From NCBI GenBank assembly GCA_963720545.1, contig OY970399.1, positions 1,984,001-2,048,000 of the forward strand: a stretch of DNA of 64,000 bases. The letters are read 5' to 3'. Under the pieces are notes generated by a model. It searched no databases. It saw only the letters and a program-made list of their open reading frames with translations, and had not been told where the DNA came from. Position 1 is the first letter of the stretch, and each line of letters begins with the position of its first letter. The DNA is from an uncultured Acidobacteriota bacterium. GTDB lineage: Bacteria; Acidobacteriota; Vicinamibacteria; Fen-336. The translations under genes were made by a program, and so were the position numbers. Shown here one piece after another: positions 9,339-19,635 of the stretch.

Positions 9339-11279
9339 ATGAAGAGGGTGAAAATACTGCTGGCCAGCGCGATGCTGCTGGCGGCGTCGCTGCTGCCGGC
9401 GCAGACGGGCGAGGTGGTCCCGAACGAGAACCTGGTGGCCGACGGCATCCCGAAGATCCCGGCCGAGATCGCGGCGGCGGCCGGCCGCTACTCGGAGCTG
9501 CGTTCGGCCACCTTCAACACCTGGCACCCGGCGCGGCGCGAGATGCTCGTCATCACCCGCTTCGGCGACACGCCGCAGGTGCACGAGGTCAAGGCGCCGG
9601 GCGCGGCGCGCACGCAGTTGACGTTCTTCGCGGACCGCGTGGCGGGGGCCGCGTACGGCACCAAAGACGGCGACTCGTTCGTCTTCTCCAAGGACACGGG
9701 CGGCGGCGAGTTCTACCAGCTCTACCGCTTCGTGCGCGCGACCGGCGAGGTCACGCTGCTCACCGACGGCAAGGCGCGCAACACCAACCCGGTGTGGTCG
9801 TCCGCCGGTGATCGCATCGCCTACAGCTCGACGCGGCGCACCGGCCAGGACAGCGATATCTGGATGATGGACCCCAAAGACCCGAAGACCGACCGGCTCG
9901 TGGCACAGGTCGAAGGCGGCGGCTGGGGAGTCGAGGACTTCGCCCCCGACGACAAGTCTTTCGTCCTCGGCCAGCGGATCTCGGCGAACGAGTCGTACCT
10001 GTGGCTTGTCGACACAGCCACCGGCAGCAAGAAGCTGCTGACGCCGAAGACCGCCAACCAGGTCGCATACCAGGCGGCGAAATTCGCGAAGGACGGCAAG
10101 TCGCTCTTCGTCGTGACCGACAAGGGCTCGGAGTTCGCGCGGCTCGTGCGCCTCGACCTCGCGACCGGCAAGGAGACGGTCCTCACGAGCGCCGTCCCGT
10201 GGGACGTGGACGGGTTCGAGCTCTCGACCGACGGCACGCTCATCGCGCTCGTCACCAACGAGGACGGCGTCGACGTGCTGCGCTTCGTCGACACCGCGTC
10301 CGGCGTGCTGCGGCCCGGCCCACAGCTGCCGAAGGGCATCATCGGCAGCCTCGCCTTTCGGCCCGGCAGCAAGGAGATCGGCCTGACGCTCTCGAGCGCG
10401 CGCTCGCCCGCCGACGCGTACTCGATCGACGCGACCACCAACAAGCTCGAGCGCTGGACCGAGAGCGAGATCGGCGGGCTGAACGCCGCGTCCTTCGCGG
10501 AACCGGAACTGGTCCGCTGGCCGAGTTTCGACGGCAAGACGATCTCCGGCTTCCTGTACACGCCGCCGGCGAAGTTCAGTGGCCCGCGGCCGCTCATCAT
10601 CGACATCCACGGCGGTCCCGAGGGCCAGTCGCGGCCCGGCTTTCGCGGCCGCACCAACTACTACCTCAATGAGCTGGGCATCGCGGTCCTGTACCCGAAC
10701 GTGCGCGGGTCTTCGGGCTACGGCAAGACCTTTCTGGCGCTCGACAACGGCGTGTTGCGCGAAGACTCGGTGCGCGACATCGGTGCCGCCCTCGATTGGG
10801 CCGGGACCCGCAAGGACCTGGACACGGCGCGGATCGCCGTCACCGGCGGCAGCTACGGCGGCTACATGACGCTGGCGGTGGCGACCAGGTACAGCGACAG
10901 GATCCGCTGCGCGGTAGACGTCGTCGGCATCTCGAATTTCGTCACCTTCCTCGAGCACACCGAGGCGTACCGGCGCGACCTGCGGCGCGTCGAGTACGGC
11001 GACGAGCGCGACCCGAAGATGCGCGAACACCTCCTGAAGATCGCGCCGATGACGAACGCCGCGCAGATCGCCAGGCCGCTCTACGTGGTGGCGGGCCGCA
11101 ACGACCCGCGCGTGCCGTTCACCGAGGGCGAGCAGATGGTCGCGACGGTGCGCAGGAACGGCGTGCCCGTCTGGTACCTGCTTGGCAAGGACGAGGGCCA
11201 CGGGTTTGCGAAGAAGCAGAACCAGGACTTCCAGCTGTACTCGACGATCGCCTTCTACAAGGAGTACTTGCTGAAGTGA
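9339..11279 (+). CDS. Secreted S9 family (prolyl oligopeptidase/DPP-like) serine peptidase
   Basis: Signal peptide, beta-propeller region, IHGGPEGQ, GGSYGG nucleophile, NDPRV, EGHGF. Confidence 0.93.
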   Translation: MKRVKILLASAMLLAASLLPAQTGEVVPNENLVADGIPKIPAEIAAAAGRYSELRSATFNTWHPARREMLVITRFGDTPQVHEVKAPGAARTQLTFFADRVAGAAYGTKDGDSFVFSKDTGGGEFYQLYRFVRATGEVTLLTDGKARNTNPVWSSAGDRIAYSSTRRTGQDSDIWMMDPKDPKTDRLVAQVEGGGWGVEDFAPDDKSFVLGQRISANESYLWLVDTATGSKKLLTPKTANQVAYQAAKFAKDGKSLFVVTDKGSEFARLVRLDLATGKETVLTSAVPWDVDGFELSTDGTLIALVTNEDGVDVLRFVDTASGVLRPGPQLPKGIIGSLAFRPGSKEIGLTLSSARSPADAYSIDATTNKLERWTESEIGGLNAASFAEPELVRWPSFDGKTISGFLYTPPAKFSGPRPLIIDIHGGPEGQSRPGFRGRTNYYLNELGIAVLYPNVRGSSGYGKTFLALDNGVLREDSVRDIGAALDWAGTRKDLDTARIAVTGGSYGGYMTLAVATRYSDRIRCAVDVVGISNFVTFLEHTEAYRRDLRRVEYGDERDPKMREHLLKIAPMTNAAQIARPLYVVAGRNDPRVPFTEGEQMVATVRRNGVPVWYLLGKDEGHGFAKKQNQDFQLYSTIAFYKEYLLK

Positions 11280-12244
11280 GAAGCCCTGCCGCGATACGGG
11301 CAGCGATCACAGCGGCGTCGCTGGCGCTGGTGGCAGCGGGCAGCAGCACGGCGGCGGCACCTCCCTGGCGCGCCGATCATCACCTGCATCTCGCGACCCC
11401 CGACCTGTGCGCCCGCGTCGGCGAATGCCTGGAGACCAACAGCCCCAGCGCGGTTTATGCAGTCGATGCGGTGCGGGCACTCGATGCGGCCGACGTGTCG
11501 AAGGGCGTCGTCTTGTCGTGCGCGTATCTCTACGGCCTCCCCAACCTCAAGCTCGCTCCACCCGAAGTCGCGCGGCTGACCCGGCTCGAGAACGAGTTCA
11601 CCGCTGCCGAGGTCGCGAAGTTTCCCGGACGGCTGGTGGGGTTCCTGTCGGTCGATCCGCTCGAGGCATCGGCACTCGTGGAACTGCAACACTGGCGCGG
11701 CAGCAAGGAGCTGACCGGACTGAAGCTGCACTTGACGGCCAATGGCGTCAACCTGCGCCGCGCAGGCGAACGGCGCCGCGTCGCCGCCGTGGTCGCTGAG
11801 GCCGCCCGCCAGCAGCTGCCGATGGTGATGCACATCGGCGGCGGTGCTTTTGGCGCGGCCGAGGCCGAGCGGTTCATAAAGACCATCCTGCCGAGCGCCG
11901 GCGATTCCTGGGTGCAGATTGCGCACGCTGCCGACGGTCTGCCGCTTGTCGGCAACAACCATGTTGCGGCGCTGCGGGTGTTCGCCGACCACATCGAGCG
12001 GAACGATCCGGCCACCCGCCGCGTGCTGTTCGACCTCTCGTACGTCCCCGATCCCGACGAATCCGCGAACACCGTGAAACACCTGGTTCAGCAGATGCGG
12101 CGGATCGGCGTGGCGCGGTTCGTCTTCGGTTCGGATTTCAACGTACTGACGCCAGCGATTGAAAAGGAGCGCCTGCGCCGCCTCGAACTGACGCCCGTCG
12201 AATGGGACACCATCCGCAACACCTGCGCGCCGTGGGCTTGCTGA
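11276..12244 (+). CDS. Secreted amidohydrolase-2 family protein
   Basis: Signal-like N-terminus, ADHHLHL, GLKLH, FVFGSDF; GTGA overlap with upstream stop. Confidence 0.8.
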   Translation: MRSPAAIRAAITAASLALVAAGSSTAAAPPWRADHHLHLATPDLCARVGECLETNSPSAVYAVDAVRALDAADVSKGVVLSCAYLYGLPNLKLAPPEVARLTRLENEFTAAEVAKFPGRLVGFLSVDPLEASALVELQHWRGSKELTGLKLHLTANGVNLRRAGERRRVAAVVAEAARQQLPMVMHIGGGAFGAAEAERFIKTILPSAGDSWVQIAHAADGLPLVGNNHVAALRVFADHIERNDPATRRVLFDLSYVPDPDESANTVKHLVQQMRRIGVARFVFGSDFNVLTPAIEKERLRRLELTPVEWDTIRNTCAPWAC

Positions 12245-12569
12245 ACCGGCATTTCGGTTTCAGAAAGACTGTTTCAGGGGGTGGGCTGAGGCGGTCACAG
12301 TGGCGCAAAGTCGTTGATTCGAAAAGGGGCGAAAACGGACAAGTGTCCGCTTGATGGCCGGAGAACGGACATCGACCAATCGGTGTCTTAAGCTGCGACA
12401 GCCGTTGGTTTGTCTCGAGCTCAATTCATTGGCTTGTAGATAAATGTCAGGACCCGCCGGCGGGTTGAATGAACCCTGGCCGGCGTTTGTAATGGTGGTG
12501 GGTATAATGCCGGCTTCATTGTTTGGCGCAGTCATCAAATTTGATATCCCGACAGAAGGATTACTTTCA

Positions 12570-14618
12570 ATGAAGAGACTAGTGGCTGCCTTTCTCGTGT
12601 TGTCGGCCGCAGCGGCACAATTGGCCCGCGCCGACCAGAAGGTCGATGACGCCGTAGCCAAGGCCCAGCAAAGCATCGCCAAGGGCAAGCCGGAGGAAGC
12701 GGAAAAGAACATCCTCAAGCTGCTGAACGGCGGCGCCGGCCCGGAAGCCTACGTCGCCGCCGCGCGCATCCAGGAGCAGGTGGGGAACATCGATGGCGCG
12801 CTCGCCACCCTGTCGAAGGCACCTGCCGGACCGGACACGCTGGCCGCGCAATCGGCGCTGGCGCTGCGCCACGGTTCGAGCAAGGACGCTCTCGCCAAGG
12901 CCCAGGCCGCGGTGCAGGCGGGCGCAACCGCCTCGAGCCTGGCCGCGCTCGCGAAGGCGCAGGCGCGCAGCGGTGACACGGCAAACGCCCTGGCGAGTGC
13001 CGACAAGGCTGTGGCTGCCGGAAATACCGGCGACGCCAACGACGCCCGCGGCGCCGCGCTGCTCGCCTCCGGCAAGGCCGCCGACGCCGTCGCCGCGTAC
13101 CGCAAGGCGGTCGAACTGGACGCGACCAACAACACCGCCAAGCTCGGCCTCGCCGAGGCTCTCGTCGCCGACAACAAGGCCGCGGAAGCGGTGACGGTTG
13201 CGAAGGGCGTTGCCGACACCGACCCGCGCAACGGCGAGGCGTTCGCGGTGTGGGGCAAGGCGATCCTGGCGCAGAACCCGAAGAACGCGGCCACCTGGGC
13301 CGAAGCAATCGGCCAGGCGCAGCAAGGCGCTTTCCTTCATGCAAAGAACCCGAAGGTCTACTACATCGTCGGCCAGATCTTCGAAGCGCAGCCGAACCGC
13401 GCCCAGGCTCTTGCCAACTACAAGAAGGCGCTCGAGGTCGATCCGACGTTCACGCCAGCCGCGACGGCCGCTGGCAAGCTCGAATTCGCGCAATTGATGG
13501 CCGACCCGAAGAAGGCGCTCGAGCCGGTCAAGAAGATGGCGGCCGAGCAGCCGCAAAACGGCGAGATTCAGCTGACCGCCGGCAAGGTGGTGATGCTGAA
13601 CGGCGACATGGCGGGCGCCATGCCCTACCTCGAGAAGGCGACGCAACTGCTGCCGAACAGCGCCGAGGCGTGGGCGCTCCTAGGCACCGTCTACAGCTCG
13701 GTTCCCGGCAAGGGCGAACTGTCGATGGGCGCCTACGAGAAGGCGGTGCAGTTCGATCCCACGAACGCCGACTACGTCGAGTCGTACGCGCTCTTGCTGG
13801 GCCTCTCCAAGCAGGCGCCGAAGGGCATCGAGCTGCTGAAGAAGGTGGTTGCGCAGCCCGGCTACAAGAGTGCCGATGGCTGGATGAACCTCGGCTGGCT
13901 CTATCGCAACAGCGAGCCGAAGCAGCCGGCGGAAGCGATCGCGGCGTACAACAAGGCGATTGCGCTCGACCCGAAGAACGTGCAGCCCTACCTCGGCATC
14001 GCCTGGTCGCACATGTACAACAAGGAAAGCGATCCGGCGATCGCGGCGTTCCAGAAGGCGATCCAGCTCGAGCCCAAGGTCGAAGGCGAAGGCCAGGACG
14101 GGATCGCCTGGGCGCAGTACTTCAAGAAGGACATGGAGGGTGCCAAGGCAACGCTCGCGAAGGCGGAAGCGGCGGGCCGTCCCGACCAGCGCCTGAAGGA
14201 CACGATCGGCAAGTACGAAGAGGCCGTGCGCCTCAACGACGAGGCGGCGAAGAAGGCGGTCGAGAACGTGCAGGCGCAGGACGAGAGCCCGTGCGGAGCC
14301 GCGATTTCGGCGGCGAGCGGCGGCGCCGCGGCGCAGATGCGGGCGGCCGGCGTCCTCCCCAAGTGCGGCGCGGCGGGCGCGTCGGCGCTCGTCTACATCG
14401 TGCGCGGCCGCAACCCCGGCCCGATCGGCGCGGCCTGCAACGCACTGGGTGCGATGGGTGCATCGGCCGGCAAGAACGCGGTCGACACCGTGAAATGGTT
14501 CTCGACGCAGCAGGCGGCGCCGCTGCCGATGGATGCGCCGCGCGCCGACATGGAGCGCGAACTCGCGATGGAAGACGCCCGGCGTTCCTGCGCGGCAGCG
14601 CTGCGCAAGATGGGCTAG
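12570..14618 (+). CDS. Large secreted TPR protein with C-terminal Cys-containing helical (HEAT-like) region
   Basis: Signal peptide MKRLVAAFLVLSAAAAQLARA; many TPR repeats (AYRKAVELD, NYKKALEVDP, AYNKAIALDP). Confidence 0.85.
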   Translation: MKRLVAAFLVLSAAAAQLARADQKVDDAVAKAQQSIAKGKPEEAEKNILKLLNGGAGPEAYVAAARIQEQVGNIDGALATLSKAPAGPDTLAAQSALALRHGSSKDALAKAQAAVQAGATASSLAALAKAQARSGDTANALASADKAVAAGNTGDANDARGAALLASGKAADAVAAYRKAVELDATNNTAKLGLAEALVADNKAAEAVTVAKGVADTDPRNGEAFAVWGKAILAQNPKNAATWAEAIGQAQQGAFLHAKNPKVYYIVGQIFEAQPNRAQALANYKKALEVDPTFTPAATAAGKLEFAQLMADPKKALEPVKKMAAEQPQNGEIQLTAGKVVMLNGDMAGAMPYLEKATQLLPNSAEAWALLGTVYSSVPGKGELSMGAYEKAVQFDPTNADYVESYALLLGLSKQAPKGIELLKKVVAQPGYKSADGWMNLGWLYRNSEPKQPAEAIAAYNKAIALDPKNVQPYLGIAWSHMYNKESDPAIAAFQKAIQLEPKVEGEGQDGIAWAQYFKKDMEGAKATLAKAEAAGRPDQRLKDTIGKYEEAVRLNDEAAKKAVENVQAQDESPCGAAISAASGGAAAQMRAAGVLPKCGAAGASALVYIVRGRNPGPIGAACNALGAMGASAGKNAVDTVKWFSTQQAAPLPMDAPRADMERELAMEDARRSCAAALRKMG

Positions 14619-15202
14619 GCGCGATAAGGCGCCAGCACCGTGGCGACATCGCCCACGGCGTTGGCGCCGCGCTTTTCGAACGCACCGAGGAGCGGCGCGC
14701 CGTAGAGGATGCTGAGCAGCACGTGCGCCAGCGCGCGCGTGTCGCAAGGGCGCAGGCTTCCCGCCGTCACAGCTTCGTCGAGCAGCGCGCGTAGTTCTTT
14801 TTGAATGGTTTCGGCGCGCGCGTTTAATACCTTCTTGAATGCCGGATCCGACAACCCGAGCTGCACGAAGCCGAGCTTGTTGCACGTCATGCGGGCAGCG
14901 CGATTGCTCGCGGACGCCATCGACCAGATTTTTGGATCGAGGCGCAGCAAGGCATCGAGCGCCGATGACGAGGCAACGCGGTGCTCGCTGAACTCGCGCA
15001 CGATGCTGGCGGTGCCCTGCACCGCGACCGCGAGCAGCAGGCCCTTCTTGCTCTTGAAGCGCTGCAGCAGCGTTGCCGGCGCCAGGCCCACCTCCTCGGC
15101 CACGTCGGCGAGGCGCAGGTTTTCGGGCCCGACCCGCAGGATCACCTCGAGGGCGCCTTGCAGGATTTCTTCGTCGCTTGCGGTCTTGATGCGGGGAGAC
15201 AT
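14615..15202 (-). CDS. TetR family transcriptional regulator
   Basis: ILQGALEVILRVG..LRLADVAEEVGLAPATLLQRFKSK helix-turn-helix. Confidence 0.9.
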   Translation of the reverse strand: MSPRIKTASDEEILQGALEVILRVGPENLRLADVAEEVGLAPATLLQRFKSKKGLLLAVAVQGTASIVREFSEHRVASSSALDALLRLDPKIWSMASASNRAARMTCNKLGFVQLGLSDPAFKKVLNARAETIQKELRALLDEAVTAGSLRPCDTRALAHVLLSILYGAPLLGAFEKRGANAVGDVATVLAPYRA

Positions 15203-15209
15203 GTTGTCT

Positions 15210-15229
15210 ATAAATGAATCGTCATTTAT
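15210..15229. promoter_or_regulatory. Probable TetR operator
   Basis: Perfect inverted repeat ATAAATGA-atcg-TCATTTAT between divergent tetR and RND operon. Confidence 0.7.
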
Positions 15230-15332
15230 TATAAGACCGCGCCGAACGTTTGGCCACACCCTGTCGTATTCTCGAAGAGGGATGGCCCGCTCGGGCCTCC
15301 CAAGACCCCAATCTGGCGGACCCTAAGGAACC

Positions 15333-16475
15333 ATGGACAAACGACACCTCAGTACTGCTCTCATACTGCTCGCCGCGGCGATCGGCGGCGCTTGCGGCGG
15401 CAACAAGGGCCAGGCGCAGGGCGGTCCGCCGCCGATGCCGGTGGAAGCCGTCACGCTCGAGCCGAAGCCGGTGGAGCAGGTCACCGAATTTGTCGGTGTG
15501 GTGAAGTCGCGCCGTTCGACGCTGGTGCAGCCCATGGTCGAGGGCTTCATAACCAAAATAATGGCCAAGTCGGGCGACACCGTGCGCCCGGGCACCCCCC
15601 TGCTCACGATCGACGCGGGCATGCAGCGCGCCGCGGTCGCCAACATGGAATCGCAGCGCGCCGCGCGCGCCGCCGACCTGCAGTACGCGCAGCAGCAGGC
15701 CGAGCGCATGAAGAAGCTGGTCGATGCCGGCGCCTCGAGCCAGTCGGAGCTCGAACAGGCACAGACGGCGCTCGCCACCAGCGAGGCGCAGCTGCGCGCC
15801 TCCGAGGCGGCCACGCGCGAGCAGCGCGTCTCGCTCAACTACTACCGCGTCACCTCGCCCACCGCCGGCGTCGTCGGCGACATCCCGGTGCGGGTGGGCG
15901 ACAGCGTCAAGCGCGACACGGTGCTGACCACGGTCGACCAGAACGGCGGCCTCGAGGTGTACATCAACGTGCCGGTCAAGGAAGCGGGCCGCCTCAAGGA
16001 AGGCCTCTCGGTGCACCTCGTCGACGACGATGGCAAGAAGATCGCCACCGAGAAGATCACGTTCGTCTCGCCTTCCGTCGACCCCGCGACCCAGTCGGTG
16101 CTCGCCAAGGCGGCGCTCCCGCAGGGCAACTTCCGCACCGAGCAGTTCGTGCGCGCGCAGGTGGTGTGGACCCAGGAGCCGTCGCTCACCGTGCCGGTGA
16201 CCTCGGTGGTGCGCATCAACGGGCAATACTTCGCCTACGTCGTCGATGCCAACGGCGGCAAGCCGGTGGCGCACCAGCGCGCGGTCGAGCTCGGCACCAT
16301 CGTCGGCAACGACTACATCGTGCGCGCGGGGCTGAAGGCTGGGGAGATCCTTGTGGTCGCGGGCATCCAGAAGATCGGCGACGGTGCGCCGGTGACGGCC
16401 AGCTCCCCGGCGCCGCCGCCCGAGAACCCCAGACCGCCGGCCGCCGCGGCCGCGGAAAACGGGAAAGGCGAGTAG
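15333..16475 (+). CDS. RND efflux periplasmic adaptor (MFP), lipoprotein
   Basis: Lipobox-like IGGAC; lipoyl/hairpin pattern, SPTAGVVG, VSPSVDP.TQS. Confidence 0.92.
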   Translation: MDKRHLSTALILLAAAIGGACGGNKGQAQGGPPPMPVEAVTLEPKPVEQVTEFVGVVKSRRSTLVQPMVEGFITKIMAKSGDTVRPGTPLLTIDAGMQRAAVANMESQRAARAADLQYAQQQAERMKKLVDAGASSQSELEQAQTALATSEAQLRASEAATREQRVSLNYYRVTSPTAGVVGDIPVRVGDSVKRDTVLTTVDQNGGLEVYINVPVKEAGRLKEGLSVHLVDDDGKKIATEKITFVSPSVDPATQSVLAKAALPQGNFRTEQFVRAQVVWTQEPSLTVPVTSVVRINGQYFAYVVDANGGKPVAHQRAVELGTIVGNDYIVRAGLKAGEILVVAGIQKIGDGAPVTASSPAPPPENPRPPAAAAAENGKGE

Positions 16476-16479
16476 CACC

Positions 16480-19400
16480 TTGTTCTCCGACGTCTTCATC
16501 CGCCGGCCGATACTCGCCACGGTCTGCTCGCTGGTCATCATCCTCGCGGGCGTCATCTGCATCCCGCTGCTGCCCATCGCCCGCTACCCCGAGCTGGCGC
16601 CGCCGTCGGTGCAGGTGACGGCGATCTACATCGGCGCCAACGCCCAGGCGGTCGAAAGCTCGGTCACCACACCGCTCGAGCAGGTGATCAACGGCGTCGA
16701 GGGCATGACCTACATGCAGTCGTCGTCCACCAACAGCGGCCAGTGCACGATCAACGTCTACTTCGACGTCGGCCGCAACGCCGACCTCGCGGCGATCGAC
16801 GTGCAGAACCGCGTCAACCAGGCGCTCGGCCGCCTGCCCGCCGACGTGCGCACCACCGGCGTCACCGTCATCAAGAACACCGCCGGCTTCCTCGGCGGCC
16901 TCGGCTTCTATTCCAGGGACAACCGCTACAGCCCGCAGTTCATCTCCAACTACCTCGACCTGTTCGTGCGCGACGCCATCAAGCGCGTGCCCGGCGTCGG
17001 CAACGTCATCATCTTCGGCGAGCGCAAGTACGCGATGCGCCTGTGGCTCGACCCGGCGCGGCTGGCGGCGCGCAGTATCACCGCCGGCGACGTGGTGAAC
17101 GCGCTGCGCGAGCAGAACCTGCAGGTTGCGGCAGGTGCGCTGGGCGACGCGCCCGCGGACGCCAAGCAGATGTACAACCTCAGCGTACGCGCGCTCGGCC
17201 GCCTGTCCGAACCGGCGCAGTTCGAGAACGTGGTGCTGAAGGCCGGTGAGGGCGCATCGCTCGTCCGGGTGCGCGACGTCGGCCGCGTCGAGCTCGGCGC
17301 CGAGACCTACTCCGCCAACCTGCGCTTCATCGGCCTCAACGCCTCGGGTATGGGCGTGCAACTGCTGCCTTCGGCCAACGCGCTGCAGGTCTACGACGGC
17401 CTGATGAAGGAAATGACTCGCCTCGAGAAGAACTTCCCGCCAGGGCTCGAGTGGAAGCTCGCCTTCGACAACGTCGGCGTGGTGCGCGAATCGATTCGCG
17501 AGGTGCTGTTCACGCTGCTCGAGGCCATCGCCCTCGTCATCCTGGTGATGTTCGTGTTCCTGCAGAACTGGCGCAGCACCGTCATCCCGGCCATCACCAT
17601 CCCGGTGTCGCTCATCGGCACTTTCGCCTTCGTCAAGATCTTCGGCTTCTCCATAAACACGTTGACGCTGTTCGGCATCGTGCTCGCGACCGGCATCGTG
17701 GTGGACGACGCGATCGTGGTGATCGAGAACATCGAGCGCCACATGCGCGAGGAGAAGAAGAACTCGATGGACGCGGCGGTCGACGCCATGAGCGAGGTGT
17801 TCAGCGCCGTGGTGGTCATCGGCCTGGTGCTGGTGGCGGTGTTCGTGCCGGTCGCGTTCTTCCCCGGCACCACCGGCAGGCTCTACCAGCAGTTCTCGCT
17901 GACCATTGCGTTTGCGGTCATCTTGTCGGTGTTCAACGCCGTCACCTTCACGCCGGCGCTCTCCGCCGTGATGCTCGCCAAGCAGACGCACGCGCGCGGC
18001 CGCGTCTTCGACTGGATCAACAAGGGCATCGAGCGCGGCACCAACGGCTATGTCTGGCTGCTGGAGCATGCGCTGAAAGCGCGGCCGCTGATGATCGGCG
18101 TGTTCTTCGCCGGCCTCGCGCTCACCTGGTGGCTGTTCCAGGCACTGCCTTCGGCGTTCGTGCCAGACGAGGACGAGGGCTACTTCATCGCGGTCATCCA
18201 GGCGCCGCCGGGCGCCTCGCTCGAGTACTCGACCGACATCGCGAAGCGCGCCGAGGCCATCCTCTTCAAGGACCCCGACATCCTCGCCGCGTTCTCGGTG
18301 GTGGGCTTCAGCTTCAGCGGCGCGGCACCCAATAACGGCCTGATCTTCGTCCGGCTCGCCGACTACGACAAGCGCAAGGGGGACGCCCATTCGCTGCAGG
18401 CGGTGCTGAACCGCGTGCGCGGCCCCATGCTCTCCATCCCCGGCGCGCTCGTCATACCGTTCGCCCCGCCCGGCATCCAGGGGCTGTCGGTGTTCGGCGG
18501 CTTCCAGTACGAGCTGCTCGACCAGACGAGCGGCGAAATCGGCGGCCTGGCCGCGGCGGTCAACGGCATGACGGCTGCCGGCAACCAGAGCGGCAAGGTG
18601 GTGGGGCTGTTCTCGCCGTTCAGCGCCGCCGATCCGCAGCTGGTGGTCGACATCGACCGCGACAAGGCGCGCAGCCTGAAGCTGCCGCTCAGCGAAGTGA
18701 CCGACGCGCTGCAGGTGTTCCTCGGCTCGGCCTACATCAACGACTTCGATTTCAACAACCGCTCGTACCGCGTGTACGTGCAGGCCGACCAGCAGTATCG
18801 CGCCGACCCGAAAGACCTGCGGCAGCTGTATGGCCGCGCCGCCGACGGCCACATGGTGCCGATCGACAGCGTCGTGCGCACCCGCGAGACCACGGCGCCG
18901 CAGGTCATCAGCCACTTCAACCTGTTCCGCTCCGCCGAGATCAACGGCAACCCGGTGCCCGGCACCAGCTCCGGCCAGGCGCTGCGCGCGATGGAAGACC
19001 TGTCGCAAAAGACGCTGCCGCCGGGCTTCAGCTACGCCTGGGCCGGCCAGTCGCTCGAGGAAGTGAAGGCAGGGAGCCAGTCGTTCCTGATCTTCGCGGT
19101 CAGCCTGATCCTCGTCTACCTGGTGCTCGCGGCACAGTACGAGAGCTGGGTGCTGCCATTCATCATCCTGCTGGGCGTGCCGCTCGCGGTGCTCGGCGGC
19201 CTCGGCGCGCAGTTCCTGCGCGGCCTCAGCAACGACGTCTTCTGCCAGGTCGGGCTGGTGATGCTCATCGGCCTCGCCGCCAAGAACTCGATCCTGATCG
19301 TCGAGTTCGCCGAGCAGCTGCGCGAGCAGGGCCGCTCCATCGTCGATGCCGCGGTGCACGCCGCGCGCATTCGCCTGCGGCCCATCCTGATGACGTCGTT

Positions 19401-19635
19401 CGCGTTCATCCTTGGCGTGCTGCCGCTCGCGGTGGCTACCGGTGCCGGGGCGGGCGCGCGCCGTTCGGTCGGCACCTCGGTCGCCGGCGGCATGCTGATG
19501 TCCACGGTGCTCTCGATCTTCTTCATCCCGGTGCTCTATGTCGTCATCCGCTCCCTGGCGCCAGGCAAGATCCGCCATCACGGCAGGCACGACGAGCCGG
19601 CCGCGGCGCTGCCGGAAGGAGGCGCTCGTGCTTAG
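16480..19635 (+). CDS. HAE1-family RND efflux permease (AcrB-like)
   Basis: FIRRPILATV, GIVVDDAIVVIEN, AKNSILIVEFA, RLRPILMTS. Confidence 0.96.
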   Translation: MFSDVFIRRPILATVCSLVIILAGVICIPLLPIARYPELAPPSVQVTAIYIGANAQAVESSVTTPLEQVINGVEGMTYMQSSSTNSGQCTINVYFDVGRNADLAAIDVQNRVNQALGRLPADVRTTGVTVIKNTAGFLGGLGFYSRDNRYSPQFISNYLDLFVRDAIKRVPGVGNVIIFGERKYAMRLWLDPARLAARSITAGDVVNALREQNLQVAAGALGDAPADAKQMYNLSVRALGRLSEPAQFENVVLKAGEGASLVRVRDVGRVELGAETYSANLRFIGLNASGMGVQLLPSANALQVYDGLMKEMTRLEKNFPPGLEWKLAFDNVGVVRESIREVLFTLLEAIALVILVMFVFLQNWRSTVIPAITIPVSLIGTFAFVKIFGFSINTLTLFGIVLATGIVVDDAIVVIENIERHMREEKKNSMDAAVDAMSEVFSAVVVIGLVLVAVFVPVAFFPGTTGRLYQQFSLTIAFAVILSVFNAVTFTPALSAVMLAKQTHARGRVFDWINKGIERGTNGYVWLLEHALKARPLMIGVFFAGLALTWWLFQALPSAFVPDEDEGYFIAVIQAPPGASLEYSTDIAKRAEAILFKDPDILAAFSVVGFSFSGAAPNNGLIFVRLADYDKRKGDAHSLQAVLNRVRGPMLSIPGALVIPFAPPGIQGLSVFGGFQYELLDQTSGEIGGLAAAVNGMTAAGNQSGKVVGLFSPFSAADPQLVVDIDRDKARSLKLPLSEVTDALQVFLGSAYINDFDFNNRSYRVYVQADQQYRADPKDLRQLYGRAADGHMVPIDSVVRTRETTAPQVISHFNLFRSAEINGNPVPGTSSGQALRAMEDLSQKTLPPGFSYAWAGQSLEEVKAGSQSFLIFAVSLILVYLVLAAQYESWVLPFIILLGVPLAVLGGLGAQFLRGLSNDVFCQVGLVMLIGLAAKNSILIVEFAEQLREQGRSIVDAAVHAARIRLRPILMTSFAFILGVLPLAVATGAGAGARRSVGTSVAGGMLMSTVLSIFFIPVLYVVIRSLAPGKIRHHGRHDEPAAALPEGGARA

